Below are positions 13,546 through 26,640 of a stretch of 64,000 nt of DNA, piece by piece. This DNA comes from Eledone cirrhosa (lineage: Eukaryota). Every line of letters starts with the position of its first letter. The first letter of the stretch is position 1. The stretch spans positions 10,292,001 to 10,356,000 of the forward strand of contig OZ024745.1 in the NCBI GenBank assembly GCA_964016885.1. The letters are read 5' to 3'. A program made the translations under genes and the position numbers. The notes under the pieces were generated by a model. The model ran no database searches and was not told the DNA's origin. It was given only the letters and a program-made list of their open reading frames with translations.

Positions 13546-14574
13546 GAAGGCTGTACCATTGATCAAATCACTTGTTGTCTGACCCAACAGAGTGCCAACA
13601 ACAACAATTAGTCCATATAAAAGGAATGTAGTACTTGGCATATGGACTAATTGTTTTTGTGTTGTTGGAGGAGGCCCAGTTGATATGGCCTTATTTACCA
13701 GTATTTTCAAGATCTTTGTTCATGCAAGCAGAGTATTGTTCAATACAATATTGTTCATGCAAGCAGAGTATTACCTGACAGAAGGTATCTAGGTGGGTAT
13801 TTCAGCATCATTGAACATCTACTTTCCTTGCTAGTAAAGGCTTGGACAGGTCATCAAAAGACCCGGTCAAGACTTGATCGAAGCTACTAAATTCTCGGAA
13901 TGGGCCTGCATCTTGTATTATGGCTGTCTACCAAGTACATTTTATCATTGGCACAGCACTAAGGAGGTTGTCATGTCCTTGAAACAGCTCAACAGTCCTT
14001 TGTCTGGCAGGTTTTCTACAGCATGGTGCTCTTCCTATCACCAACCACTTTACAGAGAGTACTAGGTGTGTTTTATAGTGTCACCAACATTAAAGAGCTT
14101 GACGTTCCCTTCACAAAACTAAACAGTCTTCTCAACTCTTTTTGGCATGGTTTCTACAGCTGCATCTTATCACCAACCTCCTTATAAGTTGTAATGGGTA
14201 CATTTTTCATGGCACCAGCACTCAAGAGGTTGCAGTTTCATGACTGAAGGGTCTTTTCAACCCTTTGGATTGTTTTCTATTTGTATGAATGCTTATTGAA
14301 AGTAATTCTACCATAAGAAACCCTTCTTTACATTGAATTTTTAGACATAAAATAGAGATGGCGCCTAATATCAGCTAAGATAACCAAAAATAGGTTGCTT
14401 TGTACTCATTGACAACTCAACATCAATCTTAACTATTTGGTCAGTGTGTTTTCTAAGAACTATTATTTCTAGAATGTCTTCTAAGAACTATGATTTCTAG
14501 AAACAAAAGTTAACTGTAAATTTAGACAGCCATATAAGCTAGTATTACTAACAAAGTAATATTGTAATGCTTAC

Positions 14575-14723
14575 CTTGAAAGCAGAGATAGTAAATCTCC
14601 TCCAGGGTAGAATTCCATGACAAAGTATAAATAATTAGCATCCTGAAAGGTGTAGTGAAGCTTCGTAATCCAGCAACTGTCAGCTTTAGCCATAATTTCT
14701 TTCTCTTCGGTGAAGAAAGACAC
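14575..14723 (-). CDS. CIT: Citron kinase-like gene, next internal exon (subdomains III-V)
   Basis: ttgtctag|GTG... = [49 protein letters not shown](R)|gtaagc. Phase 0 joins the previous exon in frame. Closely parallels citron VSFFEEE...[13 protein letters not shown] as I recall it. This frame is missing from the ORF track. Confidence 0.9.
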
Positions 14724-15339
14724 CTAGACAAGAAATCAATCACAATCAAATGATATGTCATTGAGAGAGAGAGAGAGAGAATGTATATATGTGGAAGGTG
14801 AATGTTAAACGATGATGATGATGATTCTATATAGAGAGAGGAGGAGGGATTGAATAGAGAAAAGGAAAAAGAATTATAAATACAGACTATGTTTACAGCA
14901 TAAAAAGTTTGAATAAGTGAAATATCATTAGATGGAACTGAAGTCAGCTCTAATACTTAAGGAAATAATGTTAACTATTGTTTTACCATTCAAGGTAGAC
15001 CCATGTAGCAAATAGACAATAGTTGACGGCCGTGATTTTCATAGTGAATAAACTAAGACAAGTTCAATACCAAAGATTTTGAACAAAGTTTTCTAAGGCT
15101 GAATACTCTATCATCATCAAGTTTACAGAGTGTACTGGGTGCATTTTATTGTGTCACCAACACTAGAGAAATGTGTCATGCTGTTGACACAATTGAAGGG
15201 CTCTCTTTGAATCATATTTGGCCTGGTTTCTACAGCTGAATGCCCTTCTTATGATCAATACAAAATTTTGCCTTCTTCAACAATACTGCAGAATAATTTT
15301 CAAGATCAAACAACATCCATTATTAAGTTTGTATCAGTT

Positions 15340-15570
15340 TGGACATGGATGATGATTGCTGAGTGAAAACATGCCAGGAAATCCCAGTAGAAGGAAGCCA
15401 CAGTAGAGGTAAACGAAGGCAGACCTGGGTGGCTGTGGTGAGAGGTGACCTTAAATCACTGAGACTCACAAAAGAGATGGCGAAGGAACGCAACAAATGG
15501 AGAGATGTACTGAAAAGGACCTGTCAAACCCATGCAAGCATGGCAAAACAGGCATAACAACGATGATGGT
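15340..15570 (+). mobile_element. RTE-clade LINE 3' end fragment
   Basis: MDDDC*VKTCQEIPVEGSHSRGKRRQTWVAVVRGDL..W resembles the RTE C-terminus (VEG.R.RGRP..TW); tail aacccatgcaagcatgg..gatgatg. Confidence 0.75.
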
Positions 15571-15793
15571 CCTTAACATACATTCTGTCAAGAGTTTTAA
15601 CCAGCAAAGGATTAACATCCATTATTCCTTGTTAAATCTGTATCATTCGGCTTTCAATGGAAAGCCGAATGGAAACAAGTTTCTTGGTCCAATCTAACAA
15701 ACAGCTCCTCCACTTCCCCACCCCACTTTCCTGTCATACAAAAGGATAATAGCCTGAGGAATATTTATAAAGAGTTTAACCATGTGAATCTAG

Positions 15794-16845
15794 TTTAAAA
15801 TAGGTATACCACATCCCTACATATTTAAAATAGGTATACCACATCCCTACAAGTTTAAAATAGGTATACCACATCCCTAAATGTTTAAAATAGGTATACC
15901 ACATCCCTACATATTTAAAATAGGTATACCACATCCCTACATCTTTAAAATAGGTATACCACATCCCTACATCTTTAAAATAGGTATACCACATCCCTAC
16001 ATATTTAAAATAGGTATACCACATCCCTACATCTTTAAAATAGGTATACCACATCCCTACATCTTTAAAATAGGTATACCACATCCCTACATCTTTAAAA
16101 TAGGTATACCACATCCCTACATCTTTAAAATAGGTATACCACATCCCTACATCTTTAAAATAGGTATACCACATCCCTACATCTTTAAAATAGGTATACC
16201 ACATCCCTACATCTTTAAAATAGGTATACCACATCCCTACATCTTTAAAATAGGTATACCACATCCCTACATCTTTAAAATAGGTATACCACATCCCTAC
16301 ATCTTTAAAATAGGTATACCACATCCCTACATCTTTAAAATAGGTATACCACATCCCTAAATGTTTAAAATAGGTATACCACATCCCTACATCTTTAAAA
16401 TAGGTATACCACATCCCTAAATGTTTAAAATAGGTATACCACATCCCTACATCTTTAAAATAGGTATACCACATCCCTACATCTTTAAAATAGGTATACC
16501 ACATCCCTAAATGTTTAAAATAGGTATACCACATCCCTACATCTTTAAAATAGGTATACCACATCCCTAAATGTTTAAAATAGGTATACCACATCCCTAC
16601 ATCTTTAAAATAGGTATACCACATCCCTACATCTTTAAAATAGGTATACCACATCCCTACATATTTAAAATAGGTATACCACATCCCTACATCTTTAAAA
16701 TAGGTATACCACATCCCTACATCTTTAAAATAGGTATACCACATCCCTACATATTTAAAATAGGTATACCACATCCCTACATATTTAAAATAGGTATACC
16801 ACATCCCTACATCTTTAAAATAGGTATACCACATCCCTAAATGTT
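15794..16845. repeat. 30-bp minisatellite, ~35 copies, inside a retroposon copy (15780-16949)
   Basis: Unit tttaaaataggtataccacatccctacatc; the flanks continue as the retroposon body and tail. Confidence 0.97.
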
Positions 16846-16966
16846 GAAAGAAACAACTAAAAATGTTGGTGTCAAGGACATCAGACTGTAAAACATTGCT
16901 TCAAAAAGTCCTGTCCAACCCATGCCAGCAAGGAAAATGATGAGGATGAATATTTATAAAGAATTA

Positions 16967-17251
16967 CAGCAGAACCTCGGTTCACAAACTTAATTCATTC
17001 CTGAAAGCTGTTTATCACCCGAAATGTTCATAAACCAAAACTGTTTCCCCTATGAAATGTTAAGAGAGAGACTGTGTGTGAAAGACAGATAGATAACACC
17101 ATAGTAACTAACTACACAGCAAGAGATGCTTTCCCACTGATACTTCAAGCCTGTTGCCAACTGTTGTTGCCGGCTTGCGTATTTATTACTCAAGTCAACG
17201 TTCATGAACCGAGACGTTTTATGATGAGAGGTGTAGACCAAGGTTCCACTG
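16967..17251. mobile_element. Tigger/pogo-like (Tc1-mariner) non-autonomous element
   Basis: TA|cagcagaacctcggt ... accaaggttccactg|TA: terminal inverted repeats with TA target duplication. Confidence 0.75.
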
Positions 17252-17809
17252 TACACTACATTATTTATGATACATGGCAGTACAATTTGTATCAAAAGAC
17301 ACATTATAACTAAATAGTTAAGAAGTTATCTAACTAGTTACTTCAACAATTTCAAGTGGATTTCATGTGCAAAATATACGTCATTGTCATAGATATTGAA
17401 AAACTTGAATATACCATCATGTCAGCTAAGCTGCTTTGACTATCATGCTCCATAAATTCGGATCACTGAGAGGTTGCAAACATGATCCAATAATTGTATC
17501 AAATCAAAAGCTAAACAAGAATCTCTAATGAGGATGATTACCATCAAAGGTTACAGAACTCTAAACTAAAATTCTTTATGACTTACTGAAATACATCTAT
17601 TATTATTGTTGTTGTTAGTTATTATTATTGTTGTTGTTGTTGTTGTTGTTGCTGTGTATTAACAGAATCATTAGAGGGTATTTGTTCTAAGGCTTCATGT
17701 TATAGTATTTAGTTACAACAATTTATATTGCTATCCCAATCAATTTTGCCTCTCATTTTTTCAGTGTCAGAATCAACAGAAGAAGACAATTGCTGCTGTT
17801 GATTAATGA

Positions 17810-18160
17810 TATGTAACATAGTTACAGCTCTTCACGTTCTCAGTTCAAATCCTGCCGGAGTTAGCGTTGTCTTTCATCCTTACAGGATTGATAAAATAAA
17901 GTACCAGTAATTGTTAGCTTTGTGCCTTAATTAGAAACAATTATCATCATTATGGATTGGCAGCATGGGTAGAGTGTTGGCCAACATGTTTCTGAGTTCA
18001 AGTCCTGCCGAGGATAGATTTGCTTTTCATCCTTAAGGGGTCAATAAAATAAAGTACCAGCAACTCACTGGGGTTGAATTAATCAAATCCCCCCCACACA
18101 CACACACACACACAATCATCATCATTGCTTGTGCATTGCAGAGTTGTGGGTTTGTGTCTA
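17810..18160 (+). mobile_element. Two adjacent SINE copies of the 'gataaaataaagtaccag' family
   Basis: B-box-like (g)agttcaa(a/g)tcc then ctttcatcctt...ataaaataaagtaccag, seen twice. Confidence 0.8.
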
Positions 18161-18605
18161 ACAACTGCTATCATATGTAGAACAGTGAAAAGTGGACAAC
18201 TACCTTCTATTAGAAGGGAGGAGACACAGGAGGCAAAGGAAGCTGTATGGTAGACTCATCTAAAACAATTGAGGACAGGAGTCTTCCCCTCTGGCCAGGC
18301 CCTCATCAAAAACCATGTAGTTTCAAAGTGAAAATGTTAACCACACAGCCATGCCAACACCTCGTTAGATGTTATAATTTTGATATTTTTATAATAAACA
18401 CTTCTTTTTCTCCCACATATTCCTGAGAGGGTTGTGTTGATTTTGCCCATAAAATCTGTCCCGCGATTCTTTCCTGAGACATTCTAACGACATGTCTGTA
18501 GTATTGGAGCTGTGATCTTTTCACTCTGGAGAAATAGGGGCTCTACCTGGAGCGACTACTAAAATAATTAAACACACAAAATAAATAAAATAAAAACCAA
18601 CTTAC

Positions 18606-18781
18606 ATCAGATTGAGTTAGTGTTTTGCTTTTATCCAATACTTTCATAGCATGGACAGTGCCAGTAAATCTCTCACGTACAACACGAACCTCCCCAAAAT
18701 GACCACGACCAATGACCTCTTTCACGTAAAAATCTGAAGCTTTTAACCTGAGTTTTGCTAATTCCTGGACAGTTTTCTTAT
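18606..18781 (-). CDS. CIT: Citron Rho-interacting kinase-like gene, internal exon (kinase subdomains I-II)
   Basis: Minus strand reads tttacag|AT AAG AAA... = (x)KKTVQELAKLRLKASDFYVKEVIGRGHFGEVRVVRERFTGTVHAMKVLDKSKTLTQSD|gtaag. It has the GxGxFG loop and AMK lysine. GHF in the P-loop resembles citron rather than ROCK/MRCK (GAF). 176 nt, phase 1 in, phase 0 out. Confidence 0.88.
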
Positions 18782-18899
18782 CTGTAAATAAAGATCAATA
18801 CATCAGTAAATATTGAGATACACTGAATACAATTCATTAGACACAAATTGTTAGATAAGCATCTGTTTTTTAATATAGCAGCAATTTCTAGCCATAACA

Positions 18900-19025
18900 C
18901 AAGGTCAGAAACATTGATTTCTAAGGCACATGGTCAGTAAAGTTGTTTAACTTAACCTCAGTACATGACTGGTACTATATTTTATCAACCCTGAAAGTAT
19001 GGAAGTCAAAGTTAACCTCAGTACG
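18900..19025 (-). mobile_element. SINE fragment, same family
   Basis: ctggtactatattttatcaaccctgaaagtatggaagtcaaagttaacctc is the reverse complement of the family core. Confidence 0.65.
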
Positions 19026-19312
19026 TGGAGACGGGATGGACTGTCAGGCTTTTAAAAATGCCCCAAGAAATGCTGTATGACACTATGGCACCCCTACGGC
19101 TTCCCCGGGAGTAATGGGTTTATACATACATATTTCAGTTTAACATAAAACTTGAATTTTGAAACAAAGAAGATAATAATTAACCAGAATTTGATACAGA
19201 AGCAAACTTGAACTGTTGTGACTATTATTTCACACATTACACCAACCATTACTATCAATATATAATCTATATTGAACTGTTGGGGATATTATTTCACATA
19301 TAATATATTACT

Positions 19313-19557
19313 ACGTCCCCTTTTCCTGGCATGGGTTGGATGGGTCTTTTTCAGCACAGCATCTCTCCATTCGTCACGTTCCTTCGTCATCTCTGTGAGT
19401 CTGATTTGAGATCAATTCTCACCACCTCTGCCAAGGAAACTCAGTAGAGGTAGGCCAAGAAAGACCTGGCAGAGGTGGTGAGAGCTGATCTCAAATCACA
19501 GAGATGACAAAGGAACAAGATGAGTGGAGAAAAACAAAAGTAAAACCATGATGATGA
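19313..19557. mobile_element. Two RTE 3'-end fragments in head-to-head inverted arrangement
   Basis: 19356-19423 is the imperfect reverse complement of 19457-19528; both resemble 15400-15550. Confidence 0.75.
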
Positions 19558-19595
19558 AAATAAAAACATTCAAACCAAAAGAAATATTCAATAAT

Positions 19596-19840
19596 CTAAG
19601 TCTAAAGTCTGTCTTGAGCCCAGGGGCTCATCAGGCTAGTAATCAACAGAGTACCTGACCCCCCACCCACTGGATAGGATGCCAGTCTATCGCAGGATTA
19701 AACTCCCAGCTATTGCTGATAGTACTCATTTTCAGTTGAATATACTGGAACAACATGAAATGAAGTACACAAGTACACAACATGCATTCCAGTCCAGGAA
19801 TTGAACCCACAACATTGTGGTTGTAAGTCCAACACACCAC
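19596..19840 (-). mobile_element. tRNA-derived SINE with (agacttt) tail
   Basis: Minus-strand B box gggttcaattcc; near-collinear with 61895-62184. Confidence 0.8.
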
Positions 19841-20487
19841 TTCAATAACAGAAATTATTCAATAATGTCATTATATATTCATCTTAGCAAACATCCTCAA
19901 CATTTTGTCATCATTATTCCATAAAGATATTAATACTTGACAGTGACATGTCAATGATATTGGGAAAAAAACCCACAAATCTATTTCTATTTAAATATTT
20001 AATGACAGTTCTTAAGTCAAATATTTCATTGAAAGAAGAAAGATATCACTTCATGAACATTTTCTTTAACACTCAAATATATTTCAATTCAGATATGTTA
20101 ATAAATATACAAATAACTACAACTTAATTATGATTAAATGTTTAATTAATATCTTGTGATATATTGTATTGTAATTGAAATATTAATCATAATTCTTTTA
20201 AATGTTATATGAAAACTGAATTACACAGGAATTTCTGTATCGTTTAGGATGGTCTTTCTCTTCCTTCATTCCAAGCTTACCTAACTTAAAGATAATCTGC
20301 TCAACTGGATTACTTTTCATTATAAAAATATTTGCTATATTATTCTCTAATCCAGTCCAGGGCCTTCTCACTCCTGTTGGGGGAACCCCTTTAAACACAA
20401 TTATAGTCTTTGTGCTGTACTTCTAGACATAACATAGTATCTCAATTTATTAAACTTAAAAGTCAATGTCATTCTCTCTCTTCTCTC

Positions 20488-20868
<381 letters not shown>

Positions 20869-21539
20869 TTTTATCAACCTCAAAAGGATGAAAGGGAAAT
20901 TAAGTGTGAACACGGGGCCAGAACAAATACCACAAAACATTCTGATGTTCTAACGACTCTGCCAATTCACCACCTTATTAGCAAATGAGTATCCTGTTCT
21001 TATATATATATTTGATACAACAATTCATAAGCAAAAGAAGCAAATACACTAATAACCTTACACTTATGATAGCAGGGGGAAATAAATGTGAACCTGAATA
21101 GCATAGAAAGGTGATTCCCTTCATCAGATGCTATATGGAAAACATTCTTTGTTAAAACATTCTTTGCATGCCTTCACATAGTGAAGAGATGAGAAGCTAT
21201 AAAATAAGGTAGTTTCCTATTGCTATCAGTTCCTTCCAATAAAATATAAAACTCCCCCTCAGTAAACTAGATATATTCATATTTGGTGGCAATTGGAAAA
21301 GAAAACACAGGGTGTGATGATTAAAAAATATATATATTAAAAAATGGAAAAAAATATATATATAATAAAGTATCCCTGCAAGACAAATTTGAAACTGGCA
21401 ATTTTGAAATTGGCAGGTCAATACCATAGACAGTATTTTGGGACAAACAGAATTAAAAGATCAAATTACATATACAGAAATGCTGTTTTTCTGTCTCATC
21501 AAGTTAGTATTTAACTTCAGTCCCTACCCCTCTGCTACA

Positions 21540-21806
21540 TTAACACTTCCATTGCTATATTTCTAATAAAAGACACTGTCTCTAGGTTTCAAATAACCAA
21601 GAATTTAGAAAAATTTAGTAAAATAACGTTTTTTTTTTTTTCATTATTAATCTTCTGTTTGGAACATAACTTAACAAATGTTCTCACATAAAGTTATCAT
21701 GGAAGGTTTTTAGATAAATATAAACACTTTGAAACAAACCAGATTTGAATCCTAGAACCAAGGATGGTTTCAGGTGGTTTAGTAAAGAGGATATCAAAAG
21801 GATTAA
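21540..21806 (+). mobile_element. piggyBac-like MITE family A, degenerate copy
   Basis: TTAAcact...aaaggaTTAA; collinear with the reverse complement of 26641-27044 minus the inner insert. Confidence 0.7.
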
Positions 21807-22277
21807 CATGGTGATAGACAAATCTCTGCTCACAAATCAAGTTTTCAAAGAAACTAGTATTTTTGACAGTGAGATTTTATGTGAAAAATGGAAATCTTTA
21901 TGCTATAAACTTGGTAATATTTCCAACTACAACAACTACAGTAGCTGTGTTTGTGTGTGGTCATAGATGTAGTTTCTTATACTATTGCTACTCCAATAAT
22001 ACATGTTTAGACAGTGTGAGAGAATGTCCTCTGGTGTGATGAATTCCAGGTGGAAACTGCTTCGTGTTTCCATCAAACAATGGAGAAAACATTACCCCAG
22101 AGGATATCCAACTCTGTCTTGGTAGCAGTGAGTGGGGGGGGGGGGGGATATAAGGACCAAGAATACCAGAAGTCTCCACCGATGTAGGGTCATTGACAAG
22201 CCTATCAGAAAGTGACCGATACTTCAAAACCTTGAGATCCTCAGCATATAACTAAATAAAACTGTTTTAAGACAATA

Positions 22278-22410
22278 GATAGTTTAGAATAGGTACACTG
22301 TATTTCTGTGTGTTGTAAAAAGCAACTAAAAGAAGAGCATTCGGCTGTAAAAGTCCCGTTTAACACATGGCAGCACTGAAAAATTGAGGTAAAAACAATG
22401 ATGATGATGA
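22278..22410 (+). mobile_element. Unexpanded copy of the satellite-seeding retroposon
   Basis: tagtttagaataggtacactgtatttctgtgtgttgtaa is nearly the reverse complement of the 52-bp unit, followed by body and (gat)n tail. Confidence 0.7.
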
Positions 22411-22415
22411 AGACT

Positions 22416-22629
22416 TTAACCCTGGCCATATCCAGCCAGAATTTTCTCACCTCTTTCTGTTCAAACTGGCTGTAATTGGCCACTCATACTGATGTTAAGG
22501 TGTTGTTCTAAAATAAATAACATCAAAATCTCATAGATTCGATATTATGTAAGATAATTATATGGGATAAAGTGTTTACCGTGAAAATATAATAGTATAT
22601 ATAGAGTAATGTAAATGCTAAAGGGTTAA
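22416..22629 (-). mobile_element. piggyBac-like MITE family B
   Basis: TTAAccct...taaatgctaaagggTTAA; reverse complement of 26701-26915. Confidence 0.8.
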
Positions 22630-23114
22630 AAAAAATATATTATTTAAGAAGATCATTAAGCAAGGTGTGGGTGTTTGTTTCCACATACTGTATGTATATA
22701 CTCATGTATTTTTCCACAAAAATATATGAATGACCAGCATACAACTTAGCTACTGGGCCTACAAATCCCTAATTCAAAATATATGGTACATTGTAAATGT
22801 TGTACATAAAATGGAAGTGTAACTTATCTACTAGTGCAACTTCTACAGGAGTATATATATATATGATATATATCAGCTTTCAATGGAAACAAAACTTTAC
22901 AAATTGTTTAAACTGTTACTCCAAGTTTCACATTGCTGATAATGGAGAAAACAGAATATTAGGAAAACATTTAATGGTAAAGGCATTAATCAAAATGAAT
23001 ATTGAACCTCATTAGCAAAGAATATGGGTGTTAAATTGATAATTATGATGATTAAATAAACTAATTCAATGAAACCTGTCCACAACTTTGGAAACAAAGT
23101 CATGAAACACTGTG

Positions 23115-23298
23115 TGGAAGAGTCATTTTAGCCATTGTAAAACACACAAAAACTGGACTTTATATTTATTTCCTTGTCCCAAACATTTCACCATACTGTG
23201 TGATTAGGTCATAAATAGTGTGTGAAAAATTTGACACTAGCAAATGTGATAAGTTAACAGCTTTGGTGTGTTTTAAAATGGTTAAAATGACTCTTCCA
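23115..23298. mobile_element. MITE-like element with imperfect ~33-bp inverted arms
   Basis: tggaagagtcattttagccattgtaaaacacac / gtgtgttttaaaatggttaaaatgactcttcca. Confidence 0.7.
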
Positions 23299-23508
23299 TG
23301 ATGTAATTGTTTTAGTTTCAACAGTCTCAGATCAAGTCACTTGCAGACAATACAATTCCAAAACATGTAACAAAACTCAACAACCAAATCGTCTAGAGCA
23401 CAGAGTTGGAAGAAAGAACAGAAAGAGGAAAAGAGGGTGAATAAGGACCCACATCATTTTTCTCCTCCTCCTCTGTTACAGTTGTTTTGTTTTATGTTTA
23501 CTTTCGAA

Positions 23509-23665
23509 GGCGGCGGATTGATAGTCATTAGAACGTCGAATAGAATGTTTTGTGGTATTGGTTCTGGCTTTCTTTTCACTGAGTTCAAATCCATGGAGGT
23601 TAACTTTGCCTTTCAACCATTCGAGGTTGATAGAAACAAGTTCCAGTCAAGTATTGGAGTCAATT
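23509..23665 (+). mobile_element. SINE copy ('gataaaataaagtaccag' family)
   Basis: ggcggcggattg...ctgagttcaaatcc..gaggttaactttgcctttca; parallels 25977-26162. Confidence 0.7.
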
Positions 23666-23989
23666 CTTACTCTATATCTCTGTCTCACTTCCATTCTATC
23701 ATTCTCTATCTCTGGAAGAAATCTGCTGTAGTCAGACCTGGAGAGATGGGCTCTACCAGGTTTGAAAATAGCCTAGAAACACTGTATGTCAATAAGGCAT
23801 ATGTTTACCTTTTAAAAACTTCCTAATGGCCTCTTTTCATTATTTTCACCTGAAGATTGGAAATGTGAAACTTGACCTGTGGAGTTTTCAACTTCCATTA
23901 ACAATATCTGATATTTTACTCTACTTTTAGTATTGAGTACTTTCTTTTCAATCTCTTGTTTGTGCTAGCTTATCTGCATCACAGTGTGT

Positions 23990-24255
23990 GTATGTGTAGG
24001 GCATGGTGAGAGGAAGGGTACCCAGCCATAGAAATCTTGCCAAACAAAGTGTTTGGAGGACCCTCAGTTGTATTAAAGGCATGACAACCCCTCCTGAGCA
24101 CTCGATGGAACATGAGACCATACATAAGTGAAACCCAAATCCCTGGCTTGCTTGGGAGATCAGTGGCTCCACTTCAGTACTGACTTGGTCTGTATGTACC
24201 TGTTCAACCCTTACTAGCAGGGAAAGAACATGTTAAAACAATGATGTGATGATGA
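23990..24255 (+). mobile_element. SINE-like 3' part with RTE-type tail
   Basis: aggaagggtacccagccatagaaa...actgacttggtctg..aacccttactagcagggaaag..gatgatg; related inverted copy at ~30533-30700. Confidence 0.6.
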
Positions 24256-24452
24256 TATAGTGAGTATATTAACAAGTTTTAGAAAAGTAAAACAAAAAAA
24301 AAGCTTTCTCTTTGATTCTGACAACTGAAGACATCAAAATCTCAGCTAATCCTCTTTTCTCCACATAACTTACAAAACTTAATACACTGAAACTAATAAA
24401 ACTGACTCAATATCAAACCAGTTAATAGAATTTCTAGTCATGTATTTAACCA

Positions 24453-25265
24453 ACCATTGAGTCTACACACACATACACACAGGAACATACACACCATTGA
24501 GTCTACACACACATACACACAGGAAAACACACACACATACAGCATCGAGTTAACTCACACATACACAGGAGGCACATGGCTTAGTGGTTAGAGCATTGGC
24601 CTTGCAATCGAAAGATTGTGAGTTCAATTCTCAGACCGAGTGATGTGTTGTTTCCTTGAGCAAGACCCTTTATTTCACATTGCTCCAGTTTACTCAGCTG
24701 TAGAAATGAGATGATAGGGACTGGAGTCCCTATCATTCCACTGCAAAGTGGTCGTGGAGGTGCCACGGCAAAAAAGCACCCAGCACTCACTGTAAATGAG
24801 GTTGATGTTAGGAAGGGCATCCAGCTGTAGAAATCAAGCCAGAATCAGTTCCCGTCCCACCCTTGCAAGCAGGGAAAAGCGGACGTAAAATGATGATGAT
24901 ACACACACATACATCATCGAGTTTACTCACACATACACACATACATCATTGAGTTTACTCACACATACACACACATATACAGCATTGAGTTTACTCATAC
25001 ATACACACACACATATACAGCATTGAGTTTACTCACACATACACACACTAATACAGCATTGAGTTTACTCACACATACACACACTCATACAGCATTGAGT
25101 TTACTCACACATACACACACTCATACAGCATTGGGTTTACTCACACATGCACACAGGAAAACACACACACACACCATCGAGTTTACTCACACATGCACAC
25201 AGGAATATATACACACATGCACACAGGAATATACACACATACACCATTGATCATACACACACAGG
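24453..25265. repeat. Imperfect ~38-40-bp CA-rich minisatellite, interrupted by a SINE
   Basis: cattgagtttactcacacatacacac units on both sides of 24568-24900. Confidence 0.85.
24568..24900 (+). mobile_element. Near full-length tRNA-derived SINE with RTE-type (GAT)n tail
   Basis: A box tggcttagtgg, B box gagttcaattc, core tccttgagcaagac, then taggaagggcatccagctgtagaaa...gcggacgtaaaatgatgatgat. Confidence 0.85.
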
Positions 25266-25976
25266 CACACAGTAGTATACACACACATGTACAGAGGAAT
25301 ATATACACCACAAATACACCCCTACATATGTTAACATACAGTTGCCTACGCATGTAAATTTTATCACCATTTTCAGAGCTTCAATTTCATGTTTTTACAC
25401 ATTCCTCTTTAAAAATCTATAAATTAAAAGTTCTAAATTAAATGTTCTTTGTTCAAGGCTCTTTGTGTGTTTTCACAACACAACTTGAAGAGTCCTGCAA
25501 TATAGAATTAATTTTCACATCTGAAGAATCAGAGTTTGGAATTTTCTATTTAAAACAAAATAACCTCCTCTCCCCCCAACAAAAACAACAAAATATTTAG
25601 AATGTGAGAAGTAGAAATATATAAAGAAGATCGTGGAACTGGTTTGAAGAACTTAGATTTAGATTTGAAAATTAATAGCAACAGTAAATATGAAATACAT
25701 CATCAATGAATATGTTGATGATTAATAGAAATTCTCATTTATCTCAACATTTCTGGCAGGGAAAAAAGTTTAATGAAATCATTTCTCAAATTATAAAACA
25801 CTTCTTGATAGTCTTTTTAATATAAAATATCTTCCAAGTAGCCACAATCGTTCATTATAGAAATTAAAAATAAAAAAATCCAAAGAAAAACAGTAGTTCT
25901 ATTATGTAGAACAAAAATAACTACTAATTAATTAAAGCAATAAGATCATTTAGTAAAATACATTATTATTATTAAT

Positions 25977-26162
25977 GGTGGATTGGCAGTATCGGTAGAG
26001 GGTCGGACACCATGCTTTCCAGCATAGTTACGTCCCTTTACGATCTGAGTTCAAATCCCACCGAGGTTGACTTTGCCTTTCATCCTTACGGGGTCGATAA
26101 AATAAAGTACCAGTAATGCACTGGGTATTTGCTGGCCTTGTGCCTAAAGTAGAAACAATTAT
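25977..26162 (+). mobile_element. SINE copy ('gataaaataaagtaccag' family)
   Basis: tggcagtatcggtagag A-box-like, gagttcaaatccc B box, ggggtcgataaaataaagtaccag. Confidence 0.85.
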
Positions 26163-26640
26163 TAAATGATTTAAAAATCATACTTTCATATTTGCTGTTT
26201 CTACAATTATGTCTTATTTGATGTAAGATTTTCTCATTTTTAGTTTCACATGCAATTAATTAAAACTAAATAGGTTCATTGAGATTTGACACTTTTTTTT
26301 AATGTCACTGATAATAAAATCCTGAGTTGAATATCAATCCTACACAGAAACTAAGAGCTGATTGTCAAGAAGTTTTTCTCATTCAGTTCATTATTAATCA
26401 ATCTTGTGTCTATCAAACATGCCCTCTTCAATATATAGTTACAACAATGAATATATTTCCTTTATATATTACAGTTGATGTAAGTTTTGTGGGTATTAAC
26501 AGTCATATATAGTTGATGTATGGTTCATCTTGATGAAGATATTGCTTTTTTTAATTAGCTTCATAATCACATGTATGGCTTCACAACATAACGATTTGCT
26601 GCTGTAAAAACATTGCCTCTTGCATATTTTATTGTTGTAT

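Noticed and set aside
15776-16840. MWYTYFKDVG and FKIGIPHPYI repeat ORFs
   Set aside because: Translations of a 30-bp repeat derived from a non-coding retroposon segment.
18543-18605. C-terminal part of the 60-aa ORF (VSWFLFY...)
   Set aside because: Read-through into the intron past the gtaag donor at 18605.
21098-21134. Minus-strand AUAGCAU CUGAUGA AGG..CCU ..AUGCUAU hammerhead-like hairpin
   Set aside because: Has stem I, CUGAUGA and stem II but no GAAA or stem III; at most a deleted relic.
24568-24645. tRNA gene
   Set aside because: The A/B boxes continue into a SINE core and tail and there is no full cloverleaf; the same holds for 62110-62184.
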